Origin: a virus
Taxonomy: Duplodnaviria > Caudoviricetes
Virus record (IMG/VR): IMGVR_UViG_3300038406_000249
Coordinates: 1 to 40,297 of that record
Length of the DNA: 40,297 nucleotides
Strand: one strand, 5' to 3'
The notes under the pieces were generated by a model that was not told the DNA's origin, did no database searches, and saw nothing but the letters and a program-made list of their open reading frames with translations. Both the position numbers and the translations under genes were made by a program. Positions 1 through 9,463 of the stretch are shown piece by piece. Position 1 is the first letter of the stretch; every line of letters starts with the position of its first letter.

Positions 1-1045
1 AAACGATGAAACCGACGAACCCACAGCGCACCGCAACGCAGCCTGTAACCGTCCCGTCGCGTGCGGAATTAGCGAATTTATAGCCGTACGCGCCGCAGTC
101 TGTCACCATCCCCCCGGTGATATCAAATCGAACATTGCCAGCAGAACCAGTTACATCAATGCCCTGATCCAAGCTGTCGACCTGAGGGTTAATTAGCGTC
201 CAGTCTGAGCACCCGGCAAACGTAATGCCTCGGCTATATTTGGTCTCAAAGCCCGCGCCATAATCTCCGCCCATGTCCCGTACACGCGGACTGATCACGG
301 AGAAATCACTGCACCCGTTAAATATAATCCCCTCGACTCGATCGTCGCCGGGGTCAGACACGAGCTCGTAATTGATATCCCTAACGTATGCATTCCTGAG
401 CTCGAATGTGTCCGCAGATTGGATCCGGATGCCGGTTCCCATGTCGTCGCCAAAGACCTCGACGTCGTGCAGCTTGTGCCTCGAGCCGCCGGCTATCAGC
501 AAACCGTCAGATACCCCCGGCGAGCCACCGGTCCCGTCGCCATTTCGATTGATGCGAACGTTTTTCAGAGTGATGAAATTACAATTATTAAAATGGACAT
601 TCCGGCGATCCCCCGAGCTCTGGTTAACGTTATTTCCATCGATGCCGATGTCCCGCAACCCACAGTCATTTACTGAGGTGGCGAGAATGACCGCACTATT
701 CGCACCATTCGCTAGTTTTAGAATTGATATTGTTGGCCCAAGTCCGGCAATAATTACGTTCGTTTTGTGCGTTAGCTCGTTTACGATATACGTGCCGGGC
801 GGAATCAGTACCACTCCGCCACCGATAGCACTCGTCGCGGTAACAGCAGCGTTAATCGCTACCGTGTTAACGACAGTACTAGCACTGGGAGAGGCACCTA
901 ATTCGGATGCTACAATCACGGTCTTCGCCATCGCGATGAGCGCGTTAACGGCTTCCTCGATGTACCGCGTAGACGGGTTTTCGGCATGTCCTAGGCTACC
1001 GCGCATCCAATTTTGGAGAGCTAGAGATTGCTGGTCCGTTAGCAT
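1..1045 (-). CDS. Tailspike / receptor-binding protein, N-terminal part (right-handed beta-helix, pectate-lyase-like); continues across the circular junction into 39563..40297
   Basis: Not in the ORF track because it runs off the window edge. Read manually from ATG 1045 (overlaps the stop of the upstream gene): MLTDQQSLALQNW...NTVAINAAVTATSAIGGGVVLIPPGTYIVNELTHKTNVIIAGLGPTISILKLANG... The 'GGGVVLIPPGTY' and 'IDGN' motifs are typical of Pectate_lyase_3 beta-helix tailspikes. Open to position 1. Confidence 0.85.
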   Translation of the reverse strand, partial: MLTDQQSLALQNWMRGSLGHAENPSTRYIEEAVNALIAMAKTVIVASELGASPSASTVVNTVAINAAVTATSAIGGGVVLIPPGTYIVNELTHKTNVIIAGLGPTISILKLANGANSAVILATSVNDCGLRDIGIDGNNVNQSSGDRRNVHFNNCNFITLKNVRINRNGDGTGGSPGVSDGLLIAGGSRHKLHDVEVFGDDMGTGIRIQSADTFELRNAYVRDINYELVSDPGDDRVEGIIFNGCSDFSVISPRVRDMGGDYGAGFETKYSRGITFAGCSDWTLINPQVDSLDQGIDVTGSAGNVRFDITGGMVTDCGAYGYKFANSARDGTVTGCVAVRCGFVGFIV

Positions 1046-1371
1046 GGCAGAGCAAACTTTCGTTTCAGGATCGCTGTCATTGTGTCGTAGTGGTTCGCGC
1101 TCTCGTGAACCTTCACAAGCTCGTTCTCGAGGGCTCTAATCCGCGCGCGCAATTGTTCAGCGGCAGCGACCTCTGTGGTCAAGTAGGCAATCTCCGAGCG
1201 CGCCCGACGAAGTTCTTCGCAGCGCATGCTGAGCTCAGCCTTGAGAGATAGTACCTGTTCGTTCACTGACATCACGGGCTTTGACGTAGCCTCCACAGGC
1301 TCCGGCTCTTCGAGAGGCACGTCCCCTGCACAGAGAGCCGTGTAATATTCGCTTGCTTGCGCAGGAGTCAC
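1039..1371 (-). CDS. Hypothetical coiled-coil protein (about 110 aa)
   Basis: GTG at 1371 overlaps the TGA of the upstream gene (GTGA). Heptad-rich helical C-terminal half. The longer ORF-track start (1524) overlaps another gene. Confidence 0.6.
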   Translation of the reverse strand: MTPAQASEYYTALCAGDVPLEEPEPVEATSKPVMSVNEQVLSLKAELSMRCEELRRARSEIAYLTTEVAAAEQLRARIRALENELVKVHESANHYDTMTAILKRKFALPC

Positions 1372-1649
1372 CAGAGCACCACGACTCCCTGTGCAGTAGA
1401 CGTTGCCTTGAGCGCCAGCGCCTGGATGTCCCATACCAGAGGACCAGATGGTAGCGTGACGTCTGTGCCATCCAGACCTGTAACGACCAGAGTACCGGCC
1501 GTGGCTATCACAATCTGTCGGCATGGACGACCCGGCAGAGTGTCTTTGGTCGGATCGTTGGCGAGGATGTCGTAGGCCACAGGCGTGCTAGTCCATGCGG
1601 TCCGGAAGGCCGGGCTGGGAAAGATTTCGTTGTTTGCTCGAGCAGACAT
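1368..1649 (-). CDS. Head spike base-like protein (resembles RcGTA Rcc01079 family)
   Basis: 93 aa with RBS AGGAG. The pattern PCRQIVIATAGTLVVTGLDGTDVTL...ALKATSTAQGVVVLW resembles the small beta-rich spike-base family. Confidence 0.55.
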   Translation of the reverse strand: MSARANNEIFPSPAFRTAWTSTPVAYDILANDPTKDTLPGRPCRQIVIATAGTLVVTGLDGTDVTLPSGPLVWDIQALALKATSTAQGVVVLW

Positions 1650-1658
1650 TTGTTCTCC

Positions 1659-2771
1659 TTATCTAATTCCGATTCTGAGGGCCGACCGATGGCGCCCTTT
1701 AATCGGCGCCTCCGACCCGTCAGAGATCACAGCCGCCGCAGACGAGACGCCTTCGCAGATGCCCCAGATCCTACCGAACCCGAATAGCGAACCAGCAGCC
1801 GTGGAATCGCCGACAGCTACGCCACTCATGGCAGCGGTCGACTCGCCTGATATGGCTCCGGTAACGCTTCCGGCACCTTCGCTCTGTCCAGCGATCGATC
1901 CAATACCAGAGAGCTCGCTAGTTACAACACTGGTGCCATCGGATACGCCACTGACAGCATCGTCTGCGCCACCCGTGATTGCTCCGGTAACGGTGGACTG
2001 GCCGTCGGCTGTTGCGGCAATCGAACCGATGCCAATGATTGCGGCCACGAGATCACCCGCTCCAGCGCTTTCGCCCACGACTGAGCCAACGCCCGTGATT
2101 GCCGCTGAAGCCGTGCCTAGACCGTCGCTCTGCCCATCAACAGGGACGGGAGCAACGAAGGCACCTGTGATAGTCGTTACGCCTGCAGAGGTGCCAGAGA
2201 TTGAGCCGGTGCCGGCTAGAGTGGCGGCCACCGTTGTTACGCCATCGGACTGTCCGAGGATATCGTTAGGCGGCTCAGATGCCGTATAATCCGCGTCCCA
2301 CGCAAACGCGCCGAGCTCGATGCGCCGCCGCGCAGCTCCGCTGCCGCTTGATCCACCGCCCGTCTGCTCTAGTCGGCACTCTACGCCAGCCCCGCTGGCG
2401 TCGCCAAGCACTGAGGCATCCCAGGACCCTGACACCACCTCGCCCGGATTGAGAGCAGTCGTGGTGCCCGTCGCAAGCACCGCGACCTGAGCGCCGCTCT
2501 CCCACAGCGCGAGGCTCCACGTCGTTGCATTGCCGGCGCTCGAGTTTTTGCGAATCCGAACGCGGAACGTCTGCAGTCCAGCTCCAGTGTTTGGCGCACC
2601 GGATGGCGTAGGGAACGAGACCCGGCAATCCGTGTTATTTGAGGAAGCTGCATTATACGTCAGCCACGCACCATCTGGCGAAGCCGGATCTTCGTCTATA
2701 TCCGTGACGGCGCCGTCAAGCAGCGTCTGCACGAGTATCGCGTCAGGGGCTAACGTTTCACTCGACATCAA
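1659..2771 (-). CDS. Virion fibre-like protein with Gly/Ser/Thr/Ala-rich ~19-aa repeats
   Basis: N-terminal beta-rich domain followed by about 9 degenerate repeats (e.g. ILGQSDGVTTVAATLAGTG, VDGQSDGLGTASAAITGVG). Lies in the structural module and overlaps the upstream gene by 4 nt. Confidence 0.6.
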   Translation of the reverse strand: MMSSETLAPDAILVQTLLDGAVTDIDEDPASPDGAWLTYNAASSNNTDCRVSFPTPSGAPNTGAGLQTFRVRIRKNSSAGNATTWSLALWESGAQVAVLATGTTTALNPGEVVSGSWDASVLGDASGAGVECRLEQTGGGSSGSGAARRRIELGAFAWDADYTASEPPNDILGQSDGVTTVAATLAGTGSISGTSAGVTTITGAFVAPVPVDGQSDGLGTASAAITGVGSVVGESAGAGDLVAAIIGIGSIAATADGQSTVTGAITGGADDAVSGVSDGTSVVTSELSGIGSIAGQSEGAGSVTGAISGESTAAMSGVAVGDSTAAGSLFGFGRIWGICEGVSSAAAVISDGSEAPIKGRHRSALRIGIR

Positions 2772-3202
2772 TCCTCAGTGCACACCAATGCGCCAATTGC
2801 AGCAGTCGGAGCAATGCCGGTAGAAACGGCTAACCCGCCACCCGTTCGCGCTCCGGAGTACAGGATCTTAGTTGCGCCGGACGACGCTACGCCAATGCTC
2901 CAATGCGTAATCGTGTTGCTCCCGCTCGTTGCCTCCGGCCATGCTACCTCGGCCGCATTGCTTGCTTGATTGTTGACGACCGCCCAACCGCCAGAAGTAC
3001 GCGCTACAGCGACGCGAGCATAGGCGCCGTAGGTAGCCTCACTAGCGTCTTGTGTGCCAGTCTCGCCAGGATCGGCCGTGTGCAAAGCAACATAGAGATT
3101 GGTGAGTGGTGACGTTGTATCGTCCTCAGCCAGGTCCGCGATTGCTGTTCCGTTGAAGATTAGCTTCAGTAGGTCATTCTCAAATGTGTTGCCTTTACTC
3201 AT
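2768..3202 (-). CDS. Conserved phage structural (fibre-associated) protein
   Basis: Motifs 'LYVALHTADPGE', 'YARVAV' and 'SNAAEVAWP' are typical of a widespread small phage tail/fibre protein family. Confidence 0.7.
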   Translation of the reverse strand: MSKGNTFENDLLKLIFNGTAIADLAEDDTTSPLTNLYVALHTADPGETGTQDASEATYGAYARVAVARTSGGWAVVNNQASNAAEVAWPEATSGSNTITHWSIGVASSGATKILYSGARTGGGLAVSTGIAPTAAIGALVCTED

Positions 3203-6200
3203 GGCTGATCCAGTCCTCCAGAAGCCAGCTTCTGTGATTCGGTTTTGAGAGTTTCCGCCATAGTTCCTTGCGGTAGCGGCGGCGGTTCTGGTGGTGGCGT
3301 CTGCGCCTGCTGCTGGTACCCGGCCTGCGCAGCGGCGATAGACGACGGCCGCAAGGATTTGTCTGTCGGCAGGTCGAGCAACGTACCTAGCTGGATACGG
3401 CGTTCGAATGCAGGCGGCTGTTTCAGTAGAGACAGCTCGTCGGCAACCTTTAAGCGGATGTCGTTGTAGATGTCTGGATACACGGTTCGTAGCGCCTGCA
3501 CATGATCGCGCGTTAGCGTTCCTGCCTCGAGCTCATCGAATACGCTCAACGGATCCTCGACAACCTGCACCGCGCGCGCGAACTTTGCGACCGACACCGG
3601 GTCGACCTGTGGTTTTTCTAGATGCGGAACCAGCGAATCAGTATCGATTAGCCCTGTCGGTGCAACCTGCTGCAGGTATGACGTCCCACGCGACATTGCT
3701 GCGGCCATTCCGACGGCTGCATTCGGTGCGACCGAAGCTATGTTCCCTAGCTTTCGCTCGATTGCTGCCGGTCCCTGCTGCGCGTTCTCAGTGATCTCTG
3801 CGAGCTTGCGTCGGTACGCATCGGTGCGCGTCTCGCCTTTCTTCGCGCCGAGCAGCTTATCAATTTTGCTTTTGCGTTCGAGCTGAGCTTCGGTACCTTC
3901 GGCGAGCGTTTCCGCACGCGTTGCGCGCTCGACGGGCCGAAGAAACTTGCGCACGCCTTTGCTGAGCTTAACATCTGCTTTCGCTACTCGATCAGCGAGG
4001 ACAGCGATTACGCCGGCAGCCTTCTCACGCACAAGCTTGTTTGCTGCGCCCAACGCTGCACCGGTAGCGAGCCCCGCAACCGAACCGCCACCGAGCACCA
4101 AACCGCCAGCTGCGGCAATAGTATCGGTCAGACCAAATTCTCGGTTAGTCTGCCCGCGCGCTAGATTGTCGGTCAGTTGTTTTTCTGCCCAGCGCGAGGC
4201 GCCGAATGTTTTCTTGGCGGCCTGGTATTCCTTGAGAAATCCGGCTTCGCCCTTCGAAGCGCTGATACTCACTGGCCGCGTAAATTCATCGACAACATTG
4301 CCTGCCTCATCGAAGCGACGAACATTGGCCAGAATCTCTGTAGCACCCGATTCTTCGGCAACCTTGAGACGATGGCGCCCATCGTTCAGATGCACTGTGC
4401 CGTTGGGCTCGATATGCACTCGCACCGGCTCTAATGGCCGTCCTGACACGCTTCCCATTGGCGGCATTTCACCACGCGCAATCTTTTGGATTTGCTCAGG
4501 AGATGCCCCTTCGTACGCCTGCCGCAAAGCACGCAGATCGCGAAATTCTCCAGCAAATTCCTGCTTGGCATTTTTTAGACCGAGCTGATCGACAGCACGT
4601 GCTTTGCGTACTGCCTCATCGGCCTGTGTCTCGATTGTGTCCTCGAGGATGCGACGGACATCGCGCAAGCGTTCGGCAGCCGGCGGCGCCTCGATGCGAG
4701 CCCAGTTAATGTCAGCATCAAGGCGCGCGCGAAACTGGTGCAGCTCCTCGAACGTGAGCGGTTTCGCTGGCCTAATAGTCGTCGTAGGTGCGGGCGGTGT
4801 GGCTTTCTTCGCAGATTTACCTCCGGCTGCCTCTAGTTTTTCAACCAGTTTATTGATCTGCTCACCCCGGGTTTTCATCGCCTTATACTCGGCGCTCAGG
4901 GCACGGACCGCTTTGGTGTGATCGCCGCCGTGAGCTTTCATTGCTGGCCCCATACGGCCCTTCAAAAACTCTCTCCACAACTGCGGCTTACCAGCAGCGG
5001 CCTCTACTACCTCCGATGTGATCTTGACGGCCTGCGTGCGCTCCTTGAGCAGACTCAGTGTCTCGTCCAGCTTATCTGCGATCCTGCGGTCGGCGACGCT
5101 AAGGCTCTTGCGTAGGTCACCTGTCAGCTCGTCGACGCGTGAGAACAGCTTGCTCGCGTCAACTCTACCACCAGCCTCGTCGACTCTGCGAAGCGCAGCA
5201 CCAATGCGTTCACCAGCCTCCTGTTTCACGGCCGTTGCACGTGAAAGCATTTCCTCTGTCGAGCGCCCGGCAGCTACGATGTCATTGTCCAGCAGCTCGC
5301 GGCCCGTCTGATTCATGCGCTTGGTGTTAACCAGTTCGCGCGATGCTTTTTTTGACGGATCGATCGCCTTGACGGCGGAGAATTCGGACAGCTCTCCAGC
5401 TGCCTTGCGGAATCCCTCTGCTCCGCCCACACGACGCGCCACAGAGCTCGCGAGACCTCCGCCTACTCCGAGGCCAAGGCCGAGCGTCCCGCCTGCCAGA
5501 GCGCCGAATTTGGCTCCCTCTTTGGCTCCAGCTAGCAGCCTCTCACCGAGCCTGTCGTAGTTACCGTCGGGAGCGAGCGCGGCCTCTGACAGCTCCTGTC
5601 CGGCTCCGTAGACGGCGCCTTCAACCGCGCCTCCCACGCCGAGCCTCGTCGCCTGCTGTACGCCGCGGCCTAAGACGCTTTCGCCAGCGACACCGAGCCT
5701 GGCTAGCCCTCGCGTCGCTAAGCCTCCTGCGGCCTCTCCGGCGGCTGCAGCGGCCCGAATAGGGGAGCCGACCGCAGCAACACCACGAGCAGCGAGAGAG
5801 GTACCTCCGGAGGCTAGGAGAGGGGCTACCGTGCCGACCACCTCACCTGTCGTCGCCGCCAGCGGATTAGCCTGCTCGCGTGCCGCTCGCTCTCGGCGAT
5901 ACTGCTCTCCGCCGATCTCGCCAGCAACAACATCATAACCGCCGAGTGTGGCCGCTCCGAGGCCTGACTCCACTCCGGTCAGCAGCTGAGACCCGAGGCC
6001 GCCATGCTCCTCCTGGAGCTGGCGCGCCTGGGCTTCTTCTGAGCTCTCGATTCGCCAGACGTCAGGCATGATTCCGCCGAGGTCGTCCAAATTCATTTGC
6101 TGGACGTTCCCGGCCCTATCGCGCGCCGACAGTGTTGTCCCCTCAGGCAATCCGAGCTGGCCGCTCTGGTATGCCGCGAGAGCCTGATCCTCCGGCACCT

Positions 6201-6240
6201 GCACGGCTTGCCCGTCTGCGGTGTACATCGTGACGGGCAT
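3199..6240 (-). CDS. Large internal virion / DNA ejection protein with an inserted ParB/Srx-like domain
   Basis: 1013 aa, helical, with Gly/Ala-rich hydrophobic segments. Third of three large genes after the tail nozzle, the usual podovirus arrangement. Contains 'EPVRVHIEPNGTVHLNDGRHRLKVAEESG'. Confidence 0.7.
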   Translation of the reverse strand: MPVTMYTADGQAVQVPEDQALAAYQSGQLGLPEGTTLSARDRAGNVQQMNLDDLGGIMPDVWRIESSEEAQARQLQEEHGGLGSQLLTGVESGLGAATLGGYDVVAGEIGGEQYRRERAAREQANPLAATTGEVVGTVAPLLASGGTSLAARGVAAVGSPIRAAAAAGEAAGGLATRGLARLGVAGESVLGRGVQQATRLGVGGAVEGAVYGAGQELSEAALAPDGNYDRLGERLLAGAKEGAKFGALAGGTLGLGLGVGGGLASSVARRVGGAEGFRKAAGELSEFSAVKAIDPSKKASRELVNTKRMNQTGRELLDNDIVAAGRSTEEMLSRATAVKQEAGERIGAALRRVDEAGGRVDASKLFSRVDELTGDLRKSLSVADRRIADKLDETLSLLKERTQAVKITSEVVEAAAGKPQLWREFLKGRMGPAMKAHGGDHTKAVRALSAEYKAMKTRGEQINKLVEKLEAAGGKSAKKATPPAPTTTIRPAKPLTFEELHQFRARLDADINWARIEAPPAAERLRDVRRILEDTIETQADEAVRKARAVDQLGLKNAKQEFAGEFRDLRALRQAYEGASPEQIQKIARGEMPPMGSVSGRPLEPVRVHIEPNGTVHLNDGRHRLKVAEESGATEILANVRRFDEAGNVVDEFTRPVSISASKGEAGFLKEYQAAKKTFGASRWAEKQLTDNLARGQTNREFGLTDTIAAAGGLVLGGGSVAGLATGAALGAANKLVREKAAGVIAVLADRVAKADVKLSKGVRKFLRPVERATRAETLAEGTEAQLERKSKIDKLLGAKKGETRTDAYRRKLAEITENAQQGPAAIERKLGNIASVAPNAAVGMAAAMSRGTSYLQQVAPTGLIDTDSLVPHLEKPQVDPVSVAKFARAVQVVEDPLSVFDELEAGTLTRDHVQALRTVYPDIYNDIRLKVADELSLLKQPPAFERRIQLGTLLDLPTDKSLRPSSIAAAQAGYQQQAQTPPPEPPPLPQGTMAETLKTESQKLASGGLDQP

Positions 6241-7970
6241 TACTGCGGCGCCTCCTGACGCGGCTCAGGACCGACATTCTCCGGCGGCTGCGCGGTGACC
6301 TTGCTCTTGATCTGTGACTCATAGCGGCGGATGAATTTCTCTCGTGCCACCTTGAGTTTTTCTTTCTGACCTCCGCCAATTGCTGTCAGATCGGGTACCT
6401 CTTTTTTCGCGTTAGCGATATCGGTTGCTGTCACTACCCCGCCGTACGATTTAGCCGTGCCCATCGCGAGCTGCTGCGTCAATGCTCCTGCCGAATGGTA
6501 TTCGCTGGTGCCGCGCCCAAATGCGCCGACAGCTGCTGACGGTTCAGAAATATATTTTTCCGCCTCGTCAAAGCCACGCATTGTTTCCTCGTAGTTTGCT
6601 TGCATCTCTCTCATCGACTGCGCATCCTGATGCGTGCGTGCATATCCGAGACCCGGAATGTAAAGCTTGTGTGACGGATCAACGGCTTGCTGCGGCGCCA
6701 GCGCTTTGCCTAGCGCCTTGCTGGTATTGACTAGGTCGAGCGTATATTTTAGCTGCTTCAGCGGGTCGCCACCGGTTGTCTGGTAGCGCACCGGATCAAA
6801 CTTCTGAGCTTCGGAGATGGCAATCTGATCCTGCTGTGCGAGCTCGCGTTTTGCTGACGTCTCGATTACCTCTCTCTGCACCTGCGCGCGCAAGCCTTCG
6901 AGCGCCGCTTGTCGCTCCGGAGTCTTCGCGCTGTCGGCGAATTGAGCTAGTTGCTGATCCGCCTGTCTGTAGGCTTCCTCGAGCGCAGAGAGCTCAGCGA
7001 GACGGTCGTCGCCGAAGCGCTCTTTCGCCATTTGATACAGCGTTCGCTCCTGCTCTGCGCGGCGCCCGAGCAGCTCGGCATTCTCACGCTGCGCCATGAT
7101 GTCGTTGTCGATCTCGCTCTTGACCATCTCCCAAACCTGATTTGGTTGACCCGAGATTGCGCTACCCAAAGCACCGAGCGCTACCGCGATCCGACTTGAG
7201 AAACTGTCGCTCCATTTCGGAGGAGTAATTTTTGATTGAAGCGCTGCCTCGTCGGAGAAGTCTCGGTAGCGCTGCTCGTAACGCTGCATCTCCGCAGCGC
7301 GACCCCTGTCACGCTTTGCTTGCTCGTCAGCAAGCCCCGCCTTGTAGCCCTCGACCATATTTTGCCGCAGAGCGACTTCTTTGCCAGCCTCGATACCGGC
7401 CTCAGCAGCTTTGATCGTTGCCTGGCCTTCGGCAATCTCAGCCTCCTGCAACGCCGCTTCGGTCTCCTCGCTAAGCTTCGGCGCAAACTGCGTTTGGATG
7501 TTGCGTTGCGCTGGCTGGAATTTGTTAGTGCCAACCTTTACTGTCCGTTGCGCAGGCATCTGCGGAAGCTGAAACCCGCCCTGTTGCTGCGCGCCAGGTT
7601 GTCCAACGAAGCGAATAGCACCCGGTGCGCCGGCGCTAGGAGGTGCTTGCTGTGGCACTGCAGGCGGAGGCTCTACCGGAGTCATTCTCCGCTGCAAGTC
7701 TGTCATAGGCTGAGCAGCGTGAGCCGCAGGCGGAGGAGGAGGCGGGGAAGGAGGCGGCCCAGCATTAGCGACATCGACTAACTCTTGCGGAGACATCGGA
7801 GACATCGGCGCCGCGGCAGTTGCCCCAACATCGCCGAGTGATGGCACCGGAGGTAGCTCTTGCGGAGGCTGCGCGTACAGCTCATCAATCATCGCCTTGC
7901 GCTGCTCGGGCGGCAGGCTCAAATCGTTCGCGATCTGAAACGCCTGCTGGTCTAGCGGATCGTATGCCAT
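6240..7970 (-). CDS. Internal virion / ejection protein (Pro-rich N-terminus, coiled coil)
   Basis: 576 aa, Q/A/E-rich helical protein with the hydrophobic segment 'IAVALGALGSAISG'. Stop/start overlaps on both sides. Confidence 0.65.
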   Translation of the reverse strand: MAYDPLDQQAFQIANDLSLPPEQRKAMIDELYAQPPQELPPVPSLGDVGATAAAPMSPMSPQELVDVANAGPPPSPPPPPPAAHAAQPMTDLQRRMTPVEPPPAVPQQAPPSAGAPGAIRFVGQPGAQQQGGFQLPQMPAQRTVKVGTNKFQPAQRNIQTQFAPKLSEETEAALQEAEIAEGQATIKAAEAGIEAGKEVALRQNMVEGYKAGLADEQAKRDRGRAAEMQRYEQRYRDFSDEAALQSKITPPKWSDSFSSRIAVALGALGSAISGQPNQVWEMVKSEIDNDIMAQRENAELLGRRAEQERTLYQMAKERFGDDRLAELSALEEAYRQADQQLAQFADSAKTPERQAALEGLRAQVQREVIETSAKRELAQQDQIAISEAQKFDPVRYQTTGGDPLKQLKYTLDLVNTSKALGKALAPQQAVDPSHKLYIPGLGYARTHQDAQSMREMQANYEETMRGFDEAEKYISEPSAAVGAFGRGTSEYHSAGALTQQLAMGTAKSYGGVVTATDIANAKKEVPDLTAIGGGQKEKLKVAREKFIRRYESQIKSKVTAQPPENVGPEPRQEAPQ

Positions 7971-9463
7971 TATCGCCGCACCTCAGCGCGCTTTTTCAGT
8001 GTCTCACTTTTGTCGCTCTTGAGGTACGCCTCGAGCTCGCGAAGCCTCTTGTCGAAGCCGGCAGACTGCGCGAGTGTCTCACTGAGTGCGCGATCGCGGT
8101 CGACAGCTTTACCAGCCGGCGTCTCAACTACCGCGCCGGCGTACGCAGGCGACTGTTCGAGGTCCTGAGCAATGATGCCATTGCGCGGCGTGCGTTTGTC
8201 AGCGAATACCATGGCCTGCTCTCCAGGAGTCGCTCCTTGCTCCAGCGCCATCCGTGCGGAGTCCTCCGGCTTGTATCGATAATTGACCGGCTCAATTGGC
8301 GCGAAGGCACGTCTGTTTTCGTCGGCAGATACCGGAGCAGACATTTTCCGAAATTCTTCGATTTCCTCCGGACTCATCTGACCAGGCGATTCACGGAAGT
8401 CATAACCAGGTATTGCCCGCGAATTATCCGGTAGCCCCGCAGGCACATCGCGAAAGCGAGCCGTTGGGACACCGGCTTTTAGCGGTGGGTAAAATTCCTT
8501 GCTTACAAGATCACTCTGCAACGAGCCGCCAAACGACTGCATCAAGCCACTCAGGTCAGCGCCGCCTGATTGCGGCTGGCGTGGCGCAGAGTCCGGTGGC
8601 GGCTGTCGACTCTCCATGGCGCGCGTCAGGGTTGCGGCGTCTATCTGTTGCGGTGCGGGCTGCACCGGCTGCTGAGGCTGAGCCAGCGCTGCTCGGAGCT
8701 GTTGACCAAAGCTCGTCGAAACCGGAGCCATCTGCTCCTTGGTCTCAAAATCCGAATAGAGCGGAGTCACGTCTTCCTTTGCTCGACGGTCACTCGCAAA
8801 GAGAGCTCCAACTGACGAGATAAGCCCACCGGTACCCTTCTGGTAGCGTTCGATATTGCCTTCCGCGATGCCCGCGTTGATTTTCTCGCGCTCCATGTCG
8901 GCCTGCAGCTGAGCGCGCGCTTCGTCGATGCTCATGCCGCGTGCCTGCAGGTCAGCGAGCCTCTGGTTTTGCATATCTTGCGAGTATGTCTGACCAGCGG
9001 TCTGCATCTCCTGAGCGCGGAGCATGCCCGCGTCACGAATGACGTTAGATGTGCCTTGCGCTGCCTGCTGCGAAGCTAACCGCTGCGTCAGCCCGACGTT
9101 GCCACCACGCCCGCTCGCGGCTGTGCTGCGGGCAGCCATCGTTGCGGCGCCAAGGCCCGCTCCCATTTGCTGCTCGGCTACGCTTGGCCCCTGACCGAGA
9201 GCGCGTTTGCGGAGCTCGTCGCTCCACATGCCCTGCTGACCACGCATCTGCAGCTGGCGCTGTTGATCGCCCTGATCAGTAGCGAGCGTCTGTCGCTGCG
9301 CCCGGTGGCCAGTCTGGCCCATCATCGTGTTCCATGCACCACCCAGCCATTCACCAGCGCCCTGACCCCACTGATTCATATTTTTGGTGTCTTGCGCCGT
9401 AAATGGACCGCTCCGGCGCGGAGCAGCATAGGTGCGATTACTTGGGATTGGTCGAGTAGCCAT
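7970..9463 (-). CDS. Internal virion / pilot protein with C-terminal peptidase S74-like (intramolecular chaperone) domain
   Basis: Q/G/A-rich N-terminal half. 'SDRRAKEDV', 'PVNYRYK', 'GIIAQDLE' and a terminal coiled coil 'KRLRELEA' are S74 hallmarks. Confidence 0.7.
   Translation of the reverse strand: MATRPIPSNRTYAAPRRSGPFTAQDTKNMNQWGQGAGEWLGGAWNTMMGQTGHRAQRQTLATDQGDQQRQLQMRGQQGMWSDELRKRALGQGPSVAEQQMGAGLGAATMAARSTAASGRGGNVGLTQRLASQQAAQGTSNVIRDAGMLRAQEMQTAGQTYSQDMQNQRLADLQARGMSIDEARAQLQADMEREKINAGIAEGNIERYQKGTGGLISSVGALFASDRRAKEDVTPLYSDFETKEQMAPVSTSFGQQLRAALAQPQQPVQPAPQQIDAATLTRAMESRQPPPDSAPRQPQSGGADLSGLMQSFGGSLQSDLVSKEFYPPLKAGVPTARFRDVPAGLPDNSRAIPGYDFRESPGQMSPEEIEEFRKMSAPVSADENRRAFAPIEPVNYRYKPEDSARMALEQGATPGEQAMVFADKRTPRNGIIAQDLEQSPAYAGAVVETPAGKAVDRDRALSETLAQSAGFDKRLRELEAYLKSDKSETLKKRAEVRR

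Noticed and set aside
372-2289. Long plus-strand ORFs (372..1139, 1585..2289) and similar antisense ORFs throughout the structural region
   Set aside because: They are shadows of well-supported minus-strand genes in GC-rich DNA, with no RBS or motifs.
3199-6240. Tape measure protein
   Set aside because: No major tail tube or tail assembly chaperone genes are present. The nozzle/adaptor plus three internal proteins indicate a podovirus.
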